Shown here piece by piece: positions 31,306 to 40,755 of a stretch of 43,636 bases of DNA. The DNA is taken from positions 1-43,636 of IMG/VR virus record IMGVR_UViG_3300034069_000547, one strand, 5' to 3'. Made by a program: the position numbers and the translations under genes. A model generated the notes under the pieces. The model made no database searches, had not been told where the DNA came from, and saw nothing but the letters and a program-made list of their open reading frames with translations. The first letter of the stretch is position 1, and every line of letters starts with the position of its first letter. The stretch comes from a virus.

Positions 31306-31557
31306 TCACTCCTGCCCGGATACCGCCGGGGTCGGGTCACTTGTCGACGCAACCCAAGGTGTCTCGATGGGTGTGCTGCGATCCTCCTGCCGCTTCTGTC
31401 CGCCAGCCGCGTAAGCGGAGCGCTCGGCATCCGGCACGCCAACACCCTCACCATTGACGCCAAAGCGTCCGGCGTCAGCGAATCCCCGTGCGAAGGTCTG
31501 CGGGTACAAACCGCCGTCTTTGACGTAATCGACAATGAGCTGGTTAAGGTCTGCCAT
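31306..31557 (-). CDS. Hypothetical protein (83 aa)
   Basis: The start lies 2 nt after the tailspike stop. Confidence 0.5.
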   Translation of the reverse strand: MADLNQLIVDYVKDGGLYPQTFARGFADAGRFGVNGEGVGVPDAERSAYAAGGQKRQEDRSTPIETPWVASTSDPTPAVSGQE

Positions 31558-31559
31558 GT

Positions 31560-33506
31560 TCAGGCTCCCAGGCCGAAAGAGATAAGAAGTTGACGCACGG
31601 CAGCGGCGACGGCCTGCGTGCTAGCAGCGTCTGTCGGGGCGGCTGGAAGGGTGATCTTACCCTGCGGGGCAACGCCGTTGAACCCGACTTGGCCTAGGCT
31701 GGAAGAACCAGCCCCTAGGTGATCAATGTATGCGTAAGGACGATAGAGTTGTCCTTCGTTGTTCGCCCGAGCAAACACCGCATCGACAGCGCGCCAGTCG
31801 TCGATGACAGTTCCATAGATGTCAGTTCCCGGTGCGGTATAGGTTAGCAGGCCGGGATTAGGGTTGTTGTAATAGTAGTTGCCCGCGATAAGAGAGAACA
31901 CGGATTGCGAGCCGACCATCGCGACCAGCGGCACGTCCGTGTACTCGATCTTGAACGTGTTGCCCGTTACCTGCACTTGGCTGCTGAACGTCAGGTAGAC
32001 GCCCGCGCCGTTGTGCATCGTGACGAAGCCCAAGAAATTATCCGAGATGCGCAGGCTTGCTGAGTTGCCCGACACGCGGATCAGCACAGGGCAGTATTCG
32101 ACGACGTTGCCGCAAACCAGCATCATGTCAGGCGCGCTGCTGATGCGGTTGATTGCGATCCCGGCTTCAACGATGTCCTTTATCGAGTTGTTCGCGACGA
32201 TGATCCTGGCCGAGGTTTCCGGGAAGATGCCGCAGCGGGAAAACGTGATCGTGTTGTTGACGATGCGACCGGAGCCGCCTGTCGGAACGCTCGTTCCGCT
32301 CTCGTTGTAGGTGTCAATGCCGTTGTCTACGCAGTTCCGGATCGAGTTGCCCTCAATCGTGTAGTCGGTGGCTTGGCTTACCTGGATGCCGATGCCGTTG
32401 CCGTTATTCTGTGCCGCGATACTGCCATCGGAGTTGACCGTTGCCCCGCTTGCGCCATCCGCAATACAGTTCGTGATCGTGAGCCGGTCTACCGGGCTAG
32501 AAGGAGAACCACGGACCTGAATGCACTGGCCGTTAGCTTCGCGGGAGAATACGCCGTCAATCGTGCAGAGCTTGGCATTGATGACGATGTTGCCGCCGTT
32601 GCCCTGCGGCTTAAACGCACCTTGCCCACCACGATTGCCGTCAAAGGTGAAGTCGCGGAGAACGACCGAGCTAACCTGCCCATTCGTCGCGATGCCGCGG
32701 AAGTACGTGCCCGGCCCGACCATGCCGCTCGCCAGGATCAGGACCGACGCGAACCGGTTTTCACCGATCAGTTCTACTCCATTTCGGAGGGTCAGACAGG
32801 AAACACCACCGCCGTCTTCCGCCAGCGCGAACGTCATGCGGAACGTGCCGACCGGGATAAATACCGCACCGCCGCCCTGGGCCGCCACGAAGTCGATCGC
32901 CGCCTGGATGCGTGCGCGATCGTCGGCCACACCGTCACCGACCGCGCCGAACTCGCGCACCGACAGGTAATTGCGCGAGCTGGCGCGGACGAGCGCGCCT
33001 TGGCTGATCGGGACGCTGTTCAGTGCGACGACATCGGTGCGTCCGGTGAAGTCGCCGGGCTGGAAGAAGAAGGCACCCGCGCCAACGCCGCCGTCCGAAC
33101 CGCTAGGTGGCGCGAAGTTGTAGGAGACGTTGGTCGACGGCGCGGCTTGGAGCGCGGCGAGGGTGGTGTAGGTGCTGTTGGCGGGGCCGGACGGCCCAGG
33201 GTCGCCTTGATCGCCGTTTTGCCCCGATAGCAGCGTCGCATTGCTGACGGTCTTGAGATACGTTCCATTCGGATCGCGGAACTCAAGATCGTAGCTGCCC
33301 GGCACGACGAAGAACGACCAGTTGCCAGCGTTGTCTGTCAGCGCTGTGTTGTTCAGGCCCGAAACGCTGTAAATCGGCGTCATGGCAGAGTCGGCGTAGA
33401 TCGGCTGGATAGGCCCGTTGCCGACGCCACGAACCAGAACTTGGTAACCCACCAAGCCCTTGCCATTGCCTGTCAGCACATCGAACGAATGAAACAGCGT
33501 CGTCAT
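31560..33506 (-). CDS. Tailspike with right-handed beta-helix (pectate-lyase-3-like) depolymerase domain
   Basis: SVREFGAVGDGVADDRARIQAAIDFVAAQGGGAVFIPVGTF is the hallmark N-cap of pectate_lyase_3/tailspike beta-helices. Repetitive N..I/GN motifs follow. Confidence 0.8.
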   Translation of the reverse strand: MTTLFHSFDVLTGNGKGLVGYQVLVRGVGNGPIQPIYADSAMTPIYSVSGLNNTALTDNAGNWSFFVVPGSYDLEFRDPNGTYLKTVSNATLLSGQNGDQGDPGPSGPANSTYTTLAALQAAPSTNVSYNFAPPSGSDGGVGAGAFFFQPGDFTGRTDVVALNSVPISQGALVRASSRNYLSVREFGAVGDGVADDRARIQAAIDFVAAQGGGAVFIPVGTFRMTFALAEDGGGVSCLTLRNGVELIGENRFASVLILASGMVGPGTYFRGIATNGQVSSVVLRDFTFDGNRGGQGAFKPQGNGGNIVINAKLCTIDGVFSREANGQCIQVRGSPSSPVDRLTITNCIADGASGATVNSDGSIAAQNNGNGIGIQVSQATDYTIEGNSIRNCVDNGIDTYNESGTSVPTGGSGRIVNNTITFSRCGIFPETSARIIVANNSIKDIVEAGIAINRISSAPDMMLVCGNVVEYCPVLIRVSGNSASLRISDNFLGFVTMHNGAGVYLTFSSQVQVTGNTFKIEYTDVPLVAMVGSQSVFSLIAGNYYYNNPNPGLLTYTAPGTDIYGTVIDDWRAVDAVFARANNEGQLYRPYAYIDHLGAGSSSLGQVGFNGVAPQGKITLPAAPTDAASTQAVAAAVRQLLISFGLGA

Positions 33507-33967
33507 TGTGCCACACCATTCTGCTGACTGAGGGTGACCGAAACCGACCCGCTAGCGGACGATCCGAACGCGTCGGAAACGGTCCACTGGAAATCGGCGC
33601 TCACCTCCATGTTGTTGAGGCTGGCTTGAAATGCGGTAGACGCAGACTGTGGGCTGACGGCGGCCACACCCGCATCGCCGTCAATCTTCGTCCAAACATA
33701 GGAATAGGGCAGCGTGCCTCCTACCGGCGTGATGTTCACCGTATTGGACAGCACCGTTTCGCGCTTGGGCTTGGGACTATAGCTAGAACCGAACGCGCTC
33801 TGAGTGTCCGCCGACGCCGAGAATGGTGGCGTGAACGAGTCTACCAGCCGTGCCGAGCCACCGATGCACGCGTAATGGGCCGTTACCTTGCGCGCAGTGC
33901 CGCCAACGACGACAAGTCGCGAGCTGACTGTCATTGCCGTTCCGCTAGGATGAACCAGCGTCGTCAC
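33503..33967 (-). CDS. Tail-associated hypothetical protein (154 aa)
   Basis: ATGA-coupled between the fibre-like gene and the tailspike gene. Confidence 0.5.
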   Translation of the reverse strand: MTTLVHPSGTAMTVSSRLVVVGGTARKVTAHYACIGGSARLVDSFTPPFSASADTQSAFGSSYSPKPKRETVLSNTVNITPVGGTLPYSYVWTKIDGDAGVAAVSPQSASTAFQASLNNMEVSADFQWTVSDAFGSSASGSVSVTLSQQNGVAQ

Positions 33968-34293
33968 GAGTAGAATAGCACCTGATCGCCATCGACCAGC
34001 CCGCCGGGCATGGCCCCGCCCTGGGGGACGAGGTAGACCGAGCCGCCCGCCTGCGGTCCGGCGTTGTGTAGGTACCCGCCCTGGCCTTGGAGCGTCGGGT
34101 TGCCGGTGAAAACGCCGCCGTTGGCCGTGACGTAGTCCACCGTTCCCCCGCTGGGCGTCATGGCCGCCTTCACGTCAGCCATAATCTGGCGGATCGCGTT
34201 ATTCAGATTGGCGGCAGGGCAGTTTTCGCCGATCTGGATGCCGGCGATCGTCGTGTTCGCGTTCGGATCGGTGCTGTAGTCGGAAACGGCCAT
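33964..34293 (-). CDS. Tail fibre/adaptor-like protein (109 aa)
   Basis: The N-terminus ...NLNNAIRQIMADVKA resembles conserved N-termini of alphaproteobacterial phage fibre proteins. Gly-rich C-terminus. Confidence 0.45.
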   Translation of the reverse strand: MAVSDYSTDPNANTTIAGIQIGENCPAANLNNAIRQIMADVKAAMTPSGGTVDYVTANGGVFTGNPTLQGQGGYLHNAGPQAGGSVYLVPQGGAMPGGLVDGDQVLFYS

Positions 34294-34402
34294 CTGCGCT
34301 CACCATCTGTGTTTACCAGATCGGTGAGGCGTGCCTCCGATTACGGGAGACGATGGCATATTCGGGATGGAAAGGGAAGGGGGCTAGGTATAAGCTATCA
34401 CC

Positions 34403-34714
34403 ATGCGCCGACTCACCATCGCCGTTCTCATGGCAGCGACCGCCTCGCCAGTGATCGGTCAAACGACGACGACCTGTTCGCCTTTTGGCGGAAGTGTCAC
34501 TTGTTCAACCGATACTGCGCCGTCATCTCCGCAACTGACGAACAATGGTGCGTCGTTAAGGGGCATAATTGACCGACGTAACGCGTCGCGATTGCGGAAA
34601 GTGGTTGGCGGCCTAGTTGCGGACGGCAAATGCGAAGATGCGCGGAAACTGGCTTTGCGCCATGGTGATTTTGATCTTGCAACCTACGTTACATCCGTCT
34701 GTCGCCCGCAATGA
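34403..34714 (+). CDS. Opposite-strand moron: small secreted Cys-containing protein (103 aa)
   Basis: Signal peptide MRRLTIAVLMAATASPVIGQ and 4 Cys. The only plus-strand gene inside the minus-strand structural block. Sits in a visibly A/T-richer island. Confidence 0.6.
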   Translation: MRRLTIAVLMAATASPVIGQTTTTCSPFGGSVTCSTDTAPSSPQLTNNGASLRGIIDRRNASRLRKVVGGLVADGKCEDARKLALRHGDFDLATYVTSVCRPQ

Positions 34715-34773
34715 TGCTTTGGGAAATCGGCGCGGCAATGGCGCTCAAAGGCGCTATTACCGGCTCAGTTGCT

Positions 34774-37700
34774 TTACTGTCCCGAAGCCGCAAGGGCGCT
34801 TCCGCCAGCGCTACCAAGACCAGCCCCGAACATGCCGCCGAACCGTTTAGCGGACGCACGATTGATGTACGCCCGATAAAGGTCATGCTGCGAGACAAGG
34901 CCGTTCAGGGCCGCTAGGCTCGCGTTCGGGTCGGCGTTCAGCATCACGGGACCGATGGCGTCGGCTTTGGCGACAGCGCGCTTGCCGAGGCCGAGAGTGA
35001 AAGCATCACGCAATCCGCGCCCACCCAACATCCGGGCAGCCGATGCGGTTGGAACGCCGCCAGCCGCCATCATCCCCGCATCAAGCACCATCGCAGGAAC
35101 GGCACTGCCCGCGAACGCCTGATCGGCAATGCCACGCTCTGCGGTATCGCTGTTGCCGATCAGCTTATTGTTCGTGCGCGCCATGCCACGCTCAAGATCA
35201 GCCTGACGTAGCAGGTTTGAGACACCAGGGTTATTCGGATACATCGTCTGTAACCGCGAGACAGCTGCTGGCGTTCCTAGCGTACTAGCGGCGTCAAACG
35301 GGTTGCCTGCGGTTCGTAAGTTGTTGGCATTCTCGACAAGTTGCGACCGATAACCGAGCTGCATCTGCGCGAGATGCTCAGGCGATTGCGTGTCGACCTG
35401 CATCGCGAGTTCGTCTGGCGTAAGGCCAACAGCATCCTGCCCACGCGTGAGAGCGTCGCGCGCCTGAACAGGCCCCGCATAGGCGGCACGTGCCTGCGCG
35501 AAGGGCGCGTTAAGCCGATCATTCTCGCTAAGAAGCTGGCCACGCACTCCGTTCTGCGCGCGACCGGCCTCGTCTAACTGCAACCGCCCGGTGATCGGAT
35601 TGCGCTGCTGTTCGAGTACGTCATCCATACCGCGCTTCACATAGTCGAGCGTCTGCTGCGTGTACGTCGGCACAGATGCTGCCTGCGTCGGGTTCGGCGC
35701 GCCGTCCAAAGCCTGTTGCGCTCGCCGGAGTCCTTCGCGTGCCTGTTCGACCCTGTTGGCGGCAGCGGCCATATCGACCCCCGGCGTATTGCGTGCTGCA
35801 CGATAGGCATTCTGCGCGTCGTCGAGTGTCGCTCGCGCCGCTAAATGGTCCGCCATTTGTGCGTTAGGCTGCGGGTTCAGGATAGTGTTGCCACTGGCAT
35901 CCTGCGCGAAGCCAAGTTCGGTCGGATCACGGCGCTCATTGGCTGCGATCGTACGTGCTTTGGCTACGGCCTGCCGGCCGAACGGCGTGTTGAGCACGGC
36001 TTCCAGTTCGGGCGTGTGTGGCACTGACTGCGCGTAAGCCTGATCATAAAGCGGGGCGGCTGCAGCACGGGCCTGCTGCGTCAGGGCCTCGCTCTGCTGC
36101 GGAATGTTGGCTACCGGCCCAAGATCGCGTGTCACCGCGCCTTGAAATCGGTCGATCTGTCCACGCGCGCGGGGTAGCAATGTATCTTCCGCAAGCTGCG
36201 CCGCAGTCGGCGAACGACGAATGGCCGCCCCGGTCAAGGCGCGAGCACCAGTTGACGTGTCTGCCAGCGTCAGGGGCAAGCCCAGCCCGGCCGCTTCCGC
36301 CAACTGCCCGCGGACGGCGTCTAAGCCGCCTTGACTGCGTTGTAGCGTCGTAAGCGCCTGCGCAGGGCCTGCCGCGAGCGGTGCGGCTGGCGTTGCAAGC
36401 GCTCGACTGCCCAGCCCCAACCGATCTAACCCGCTGTTGATTGCCGGAACCAAAGGCGCGAGTGTCTTCGCTGCGATCGGCGCAACGATCTTGCGCCCGA
36501 ACATGCCACCGACGCCGCCCGTTACAGCGCCGATAGCGCCGTTTTCAAGAGATTGTCCCAACCCGGCATTCGGGTCCGCGTTCGCACCGGAAACGGCACC
36601 GAATAGAGAGTCTGCCGTGATGGGAGACGAGATCGCGCGCGCTGCCAATCCGGTGCCGAGACGGCCGCCAAGATTGCCGAGCAAAGCCTCTCCGCCCATA
36701 GCGCCGCCAGCCATGCCAGCAATGCCGCCGAGCACCGACGAGGTGGGCGCAGCGTTGCCGAGCGTGTCCACTGCGCCGTCGGTCAGCCGGTTGATGATGC
36801 CGCCCGATGCACCATTCAGCGCCGAACCGGCGAAGGCTCCAGTGTCAATTGCTGCGCTACCGAGCGGAGACGACGCTAGCCGGTTAAACGCCGTCGTCGG
36901 CACCTCGCGCTGCGTGTCGATTCGCACCTGCGCGTTCGGATGCTGCTTGTAGAGCGCGACAGCATTCGCGACCTGTTGCGGGTCAAGATCGGCGTTCGCC
37001 CCCATGCGGCGCGCGACACTGTTGATCGTGGCGTAATCCGTACCCGACCGGAGCAGGGCGTCGATCGTATGCTCAAGCTCGGGATTGTTTTGCGCTTTCG
37101 TCGCGCCGGTTGCGATCGTGCCGCCTCCACCTGCGGGGCCGGCATCGGGAGGGGTGCCGCCTGCGCTTGGACCAACGGGGGGGTCGCCAGCACCAGCGAG
37201 GATCGCGCCGGGCCTATAGCCATCCGCAGGATGCAGCGCCTTCCCATTGGCATCATAACCGCCGGCCATGATCTGATCGTAAGCGCGCTTGGCAGCGGGC
37301 GAGAGCTGATCGGTGATGTCACGGCCCATCAGACGCTTATACTGGTCGTTGACCGCGCCCATGGCGTCGAATGCCTGCTGCGCGTCGGCTTGCAATGCCT
37401 TCGCGCGAGAAGCCTGCGACATGCTGGCGGAATAGCCCTCCGCACGGTCCTGCCGCTCTGCCTGGCCCCCGCTGGTCTGTGCGATAGCCTTCTGCGCCTC
37501 CGGGGCATAGTTGCGAACTAGCCCGTCATAATGTGCAATGTCTGGGTCATCCGACAGGCGCTCGTAGCCGGTTCGAAGCGTGTTTCCGATCTTACCGGCC
37601 AGTCCCGGCCCAAAATTGTCCAATCCTTGCCCGCCCTTGAGCACTTCCTGCCCATGCAGCAGCATCCGCTCCATGGCGCGAAGGGCACCGCCCGCCGTGC

Positions 37701-38292
37701 CGGGCTGGCTTCCAGCAAGGTCGGCCTGCATCTTCGCGCGAGCCGGGAACGTTGTGGCCGATGCGCTCGGATCGTAATTCATCGCATGCTGAATGATCGG
37801 CAGCATCGACGTTGAGAGGCCGCCCGAGCGCGAGCCGAGATCACCGCGAGCGTAGGCGCGCACGACGGCCTGCATCGCTGGCGGCACGAACTTCTGGAGG
37901 TATGCCTCGCCGTGTAGGTTCGAGTTGGCCGTCATCGTCGAAATTGCCGCTTCGGCCTTGGCCTGATCGGCCTTCTGCTGCGCAACCGTCGCGTCTGCTT
38001 CGGCTCGCGTAGTGGTCGCAGCAGCTAGACGCGCATCGAACGGTGCCTGCGCCGCCATGCGCCGGGTTTCCAACTCAGTATGCGCCTGCGACGCCTGCGA
38101 GCTAGCCGTTGATGCCACGGTCTGCGCCAACGACGCCGCCGCCCGAGGCCCTTCATACTGATAACCCGGCTTCGGCGTGCCCAGCGTCACCGGACCAGCA
38201 GGCGCGGTGCTCTCAAGCACCGGAACGCCGCCATGCACGACGTAAACGTTGCCGTCCGACCCTTGGAGCCGCTGACCTTCGCTGTACGCCAT
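34774..38292 (-). CDS. Large internal virion / ejection (tape-measure-like) protein, 1172 aa
   Basis: Very long, Ala/Gly/Gln-rich, with Gly-rich hydrophobic stretches (GGIAGMAGGAMGGEALLGNLGG). Coupled to the M15 peptidase gene (TAATG). Confidence 0.6.
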   Translation of the reverse strand: MAYSEGQRLQGSDGNVYVVHGGVPVLESTAPAGPVTLGTPKPGYQYEGPRAAASLAQTVASTASSQASQAHTELETRRMAAQAPFDARLAAATTTRAEADATVAQQKADQAKAEAAISTMTANSNLHGEAYLQKFVPPAMQAVVRAYARGDLGSRSGGLSTSMLPIIQHAMNYDPSASATTFPARAKMQADLAGSQPGTAGGALRAMERMLLHGQEVLKGGQGLDNFGPGLAGKIGNTLRTGYERLSDDPDIAHYDGLVRNYAPEAQKAIAQTSGGQAERQDRAEGYSASMSQASRAKALQADAQQAFDAMGAVNDQYKRLMGRDITDQLSPAAKRAYDQIMAGGYDANGKALHPADGYRPGAILAGAGDPPVGPSAGGTPPDAGPAGGGGTIATGATKAQNNPELEHTIDALLRSGTDYATINSVARRMGANADLDPQQVANAVALYKQHPNAQVRIDTQREVPTTAFNRLASSPLGSAAIDTGAFAGSALNGASGGIINRLTDGAVDTLGNAAPTSSVLGGIAGMAGGAMGGEALLGNLGGRLGTGLAARAISSPITADSLFGAVSGANADPNAGLGQSLENGAIGAVTGGVGGMFGRKIVAPIAAKTLAPLVPAINSGLDRLGLGSRALATPAAPLAAGPAQALTTLQRSQGGLDAVRGQLAEAAGLGLPLTLADTSTGARALTGAAIRRSPTAAQLAEDTLLPRARGQIDRFQGAVTRDLGPVANIPQQSEALTQQARAAAAPLYDQAYAQSVPHTPELEAVLNTPFGRQAVAKARTIAANERRDPTELGFAQDASGNTILNPQPNAQMADHLAARATLDDAQNAYRAARNTPGVDMAAAANRVEQAREGLRRAQQALDGAPNPTQAASVPTYTQQTLDYVKRGMDDVLEQQRNPITGRLQLDEAGRAQNGVRGQLLSENDRLNAPFAQARAAYAGPVQARDALTRGQDAVGLTPDELAMQVDTQSPEHLAQMQLGYRSQLVENANNLRTAGNPFDAASTLGTPAAVSRLQTMYPNNPGVSNLLRQADLERGMARTNNKLIGNSDTAERGIADQAFAGSAVPAMVLDAGMMAAGGVPTASAARMLGGRGLRDAFTLGLGKRAVAKADAIGPVMLNADPNASLAALNGLVSQHDLYRAYINRASAKRFGGMFGAGLGSAGGSALAASGQ

Positions 38293-38528
38293 TATCGCGC
38301 TCCTGCCGCGCCACGCGCGCCGTAGTAAGGGAAAAAGTTGGTCGCGTCGGGCAGTGTGACATGCACGTGGTCGCCCTCGTTCAGAAGCCGTGCCTTGGGG
38401 CCGAAATATGCCGCTAGCTGAGCAGGCGTCGCACCGACGAAATCGGCCGCCGAACCGTCGAGATGGTGGCTGGTTGGAACGCCGCCTACCGCGGCATTGC
38501 CCGATACCGTGCGGTGCCCGCTCGTCAT
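38292..38528 (-). CDS. Minimal M15-family peptidoglycan peptidase domain (78 aa from ATG 38528)
   Basis: SGHRT...[12 protein letters not shown]...GDHVHV fits the zinc-binding H/D/H pattern of the M15 (VanY/YcbK-like) family. Confidence 0.6.
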   Translation of the reverse strand: MTSGHRTVSGNAAVGGVPTSHHLDGSAADFVGATPAQLAAYFGPKARLLNEGDHVHVTLPDATNFFPYYGARGAAGAR

Positions 38529-38529
38529 G

Positions 38530-39174
38530 CTACCGGGCGCTCCCTGCCACGCCGGGAAAGGTACGCGGGGCCGTAGCACCCGCACCTCCCGCACTCGGGA
38601 GGGGAGTGAACGTCACGCCAGCCGGCGCAGGCTGTGGGGTCGCCGCAGTTCGCGGGATCATGCCAGCCGGGTAGACCGAGAGCGTGCCGTCGTCGTTGTG
38701 CTGCACAACGGGCGGGGCGGTTGTTTTGGACGTGATGAAGTCCGACGCCAGCTTGCCGGTAGGATCGATGGTCATCAGATAATCGTGCTGGCGCTGTAGC
38801 TCTGTCGCCTCCGGATGAGCGGCCTTCCACTGAGCGAGCGCGAGTTGCCGCTGAAACTCCTGCGCCTGCATGTTATTCTGCTTGGCGAAGGCGAGCGTGT
38901 TAGCGCGCTGCGCCTGAATGGCCGGCGTGAACACGTTGTTGCCGCTCAGCACATCGCCCGCCATCCCGAGCTTGTCCATCAACGACAGCTTCGGCATCAG
39001 CGGCACATCCTGCTGCGGCTGAGTCGTCGCGAACGTGCTGCCCGCGCCACCGAGCGACCCGGCGATTGCGCTCAAACCCGTTCCGACTGATTGCTCGTCA
39101 AACGGTTGTGCGGGCGCTTGAGGCTGCTGCCCGCCGATGCCGCGCTTTTGGAACAAGCCGCCGAACATCGCCAT
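38530..39174 (-). CDS. Internal virion protein (214 aa from ATG 39174)
   Basis: TAATG overlap with the upstream stop. Gln/Ala-rich with a Gly-rich N-terminus. Confidence 0.5.
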   Translation of the reverse strand: MAMFGGLFQKRGIGGQQPQAPAQPFDEQSVGTGLSAIAGSLGGAGSTFATTQPQQDVPLMPKLSLMDKLGMAGDVLSGNNVFTPAIQAQRANTLAFAKQNNMQAQEFQRQLALAQWKAAHPEATELQRQHDYLMTIDPTGKLASDFITSKTTAPPVVQHNDDGTLSVYPAGMIPRTAATPQPAPAGVTFTPLPSAGGAGATAPRTFPGVAGSAR

Positions 39175-40007
39175 TACAGCGCTCCGTAATTGACGGTGCG
39201 GAAGCCCGCGATCGTTGGCCCGAGCGCCCACGGGCGAAGTGCTGCCACCTCCTGCGCCATCACGCCGACGTGTTCCACATCGCTCCACAGGTAGCGATAG
39301 CGGTACAGCCCGAGCCCGTCCGCCATGCGCGACAGGAGCCGAACGCCGCGCTTCAACCGTCGATCGGAGAACAGGATCGAGGCAAGCTGCAACCCGGTGC
39401 CGATGTTCTGCGCGGTCGACGGGTTGCTGGTTGCCGTCGTCGTCCCGCCCAAGCCGAGCGAACCAATGCCGCCCGCGTATTGCGTCGCCTGGGACAGCGG
39501 CAGGCTGGTCGCAGTGCTGGACAGTCCTAGCAGCGACGCCAGCGCGGTCGAGTTAAGCCCTGCCGCTCCGGATGCGGCGCTATCCATGCGGCTCATCTGG
39601 TTATTGTAATCAGTGTAGCGCAGGTTATTCTCATTTTCACTGAGCGCCTTCGCCAAAGCATAGGTATTAGCACCCGAGCCGGTTCGCCCCGCTGCCGAGA
39701 ACGCCGCGTTGGTCTTGTCCGTCACGGCGTTGTCGGATGCCGTCAGGATGCCCGCGAGGTTCGGATTGCCGGACAAATATTTGCCGCTCAGCACGTCGTT
39801 GTAATAGTCGGACGCCGCACCGACACCCTGTTCCGTTCCCGTCAGTGTCGAGGCGAGCCCTGGCACCAAGCCGGTCAAGGTATTGGCAACCGACTGCGTG
39901 TTCCCCGCATTGGCGTTGTACACCCCGGCAAGGGTGCTAGCCGCCTGTTGGGCTTGGGGAGACGCGGTTTGCGTCTGCGTCTTGCTGCTGCTGCTCAGGC
40001 CCATCAC
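39174..40007 (-). CDS. Fibre-like protein with C-terminal intramolecular chaperone (peptidase S74-type) domain
   Basis: The C-terminus SDRRLKRGV...LYRYRY...HVGVMAQEV...VNY matches the endosialidase-chaperone auto-cleavage module. The N-terminus is a Ser/Thr/Gly/Asn-rich repeat region. Confidence 0.7.
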   Translation of the reverse strand: MMGLSSSSKTQTQTASPQAQQAASTLAGVYNANAGNTQSVANTLTGLVPGLASTLTGTEQGVGAASDYYNDVLSGKYLSGNPNLAGILTASDNAVTDKTNAAFSAAGRTGSGANTYALAKALSENENNLRYTDYNNQMSRMDSAASGAAGLNSTALASLLGLSSTATSLPLSQATQYAGGIGSLGLGGTTTATSNPSTAQNIGTGLQLASILFSDRRLKRGVRLLSRMADGLGLYRYRYLWSDVEHVGVMAQEVAALRPWALGPTIAGFRTVNYGAL

Positions 40008-40399
40008 ACCAACTCCTTACGCAAGCGCCACTGATAAGGCGCGTATCCGTCCTGCGTCATGACTCTTGCCCACCCCGCGCGGCTGTCGATCGTGCCGACA
40101 ATCGCGCCGCATCGCCTGCCCCACTGCTCGGCGAGCGATATCAACCCACGGATACCGTCGAGGTCGCCCGCCGCGATCAGTCCGTGGACTTCCTTGCCGC
40201 CTGCCGGGTACTCGTTGATGGTGGCAACGATCGCAGCGGTGTCGCTCGACCAGAAACGCGCCTGACCATTCCATATCTGATCATCGAGCCATACAAGGCT
40301 GTAGAAACGCGGGTCGATCACGTCGGCGAACGCCGACCGCCAACGCTGATAGGCGTTCCACTCCGCGCATGAGCCGACAGGGGTCAAAGCTGTAGCCAT
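40004..40399 (-). CDS. Hypothetical protein (131 aa from ATG 40399), weak GNAT-like motif
   Basis: GGGA lies upstream of the ATG at 40399. IRGLISLAEQWGRRCGA loosely resembles GNAT motif A (low confidence). Confidence 0.4.
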   Translation of the reverse strand: MATALTPVGSCAEWNAYQRWRSAFADVIDPRFYSLVWLDDQIWNGQARFWSSDTAAIVATINEYPAGGKEVHGLIAAGDLDGIRGLISLAEQWGRRCGAIVGTIDSRAGWARVMTQDGYAPYQWRLRKELV

Positions 40400-40755
40400 T
40401 GCGTCCCATTCCCAATGAGTACGACGGAACCCCATTGCGCGGTGAGGGTGGTGCTGGTGCTGCCGTCCACCTGCCCCGAAAGCGTCACGGCGTTCCCGCT
40501 GGCATCGACCTTCTTCGCGATAAACTGGTGACCGCTGACAGCCTCGGGCAGCGTGATCGCGACGGCACCCGCGCTAGCGTCGACCGTTACCAGATAGTCG
40601 TCGGTCGTGGCTGTGTAATCGGCCGTCACGGCCCGCACCGAACGCCGCTCGACCGCCTGCAACTCGCTCAGCATCGCGTTGACGACGGTGGACAAGCGTC
40701 GCCACCAATCCGTAGGCGGCGTGGAGCCAACAGGGAGCGCGGTCGAGGTGGCCAT
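40384..40755 (-). CDS. Tail-associated hypothetical protein (123 aa)
   Basis: The start overlaps the upstream stop. Lies in the tail module. Confidence 0.5.
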   Translation of the reverse strand: MATSTALPVGSTPPTDWWRRLSTVVNAMLSELQAVERRSVRAVTADYTATTDDYLVTVDASAGAVAITLPEAVSGHQFIAKKVDASGNAVTLSGQVDGSTSTTLTAQWGSVVLIGNGTQWLQL

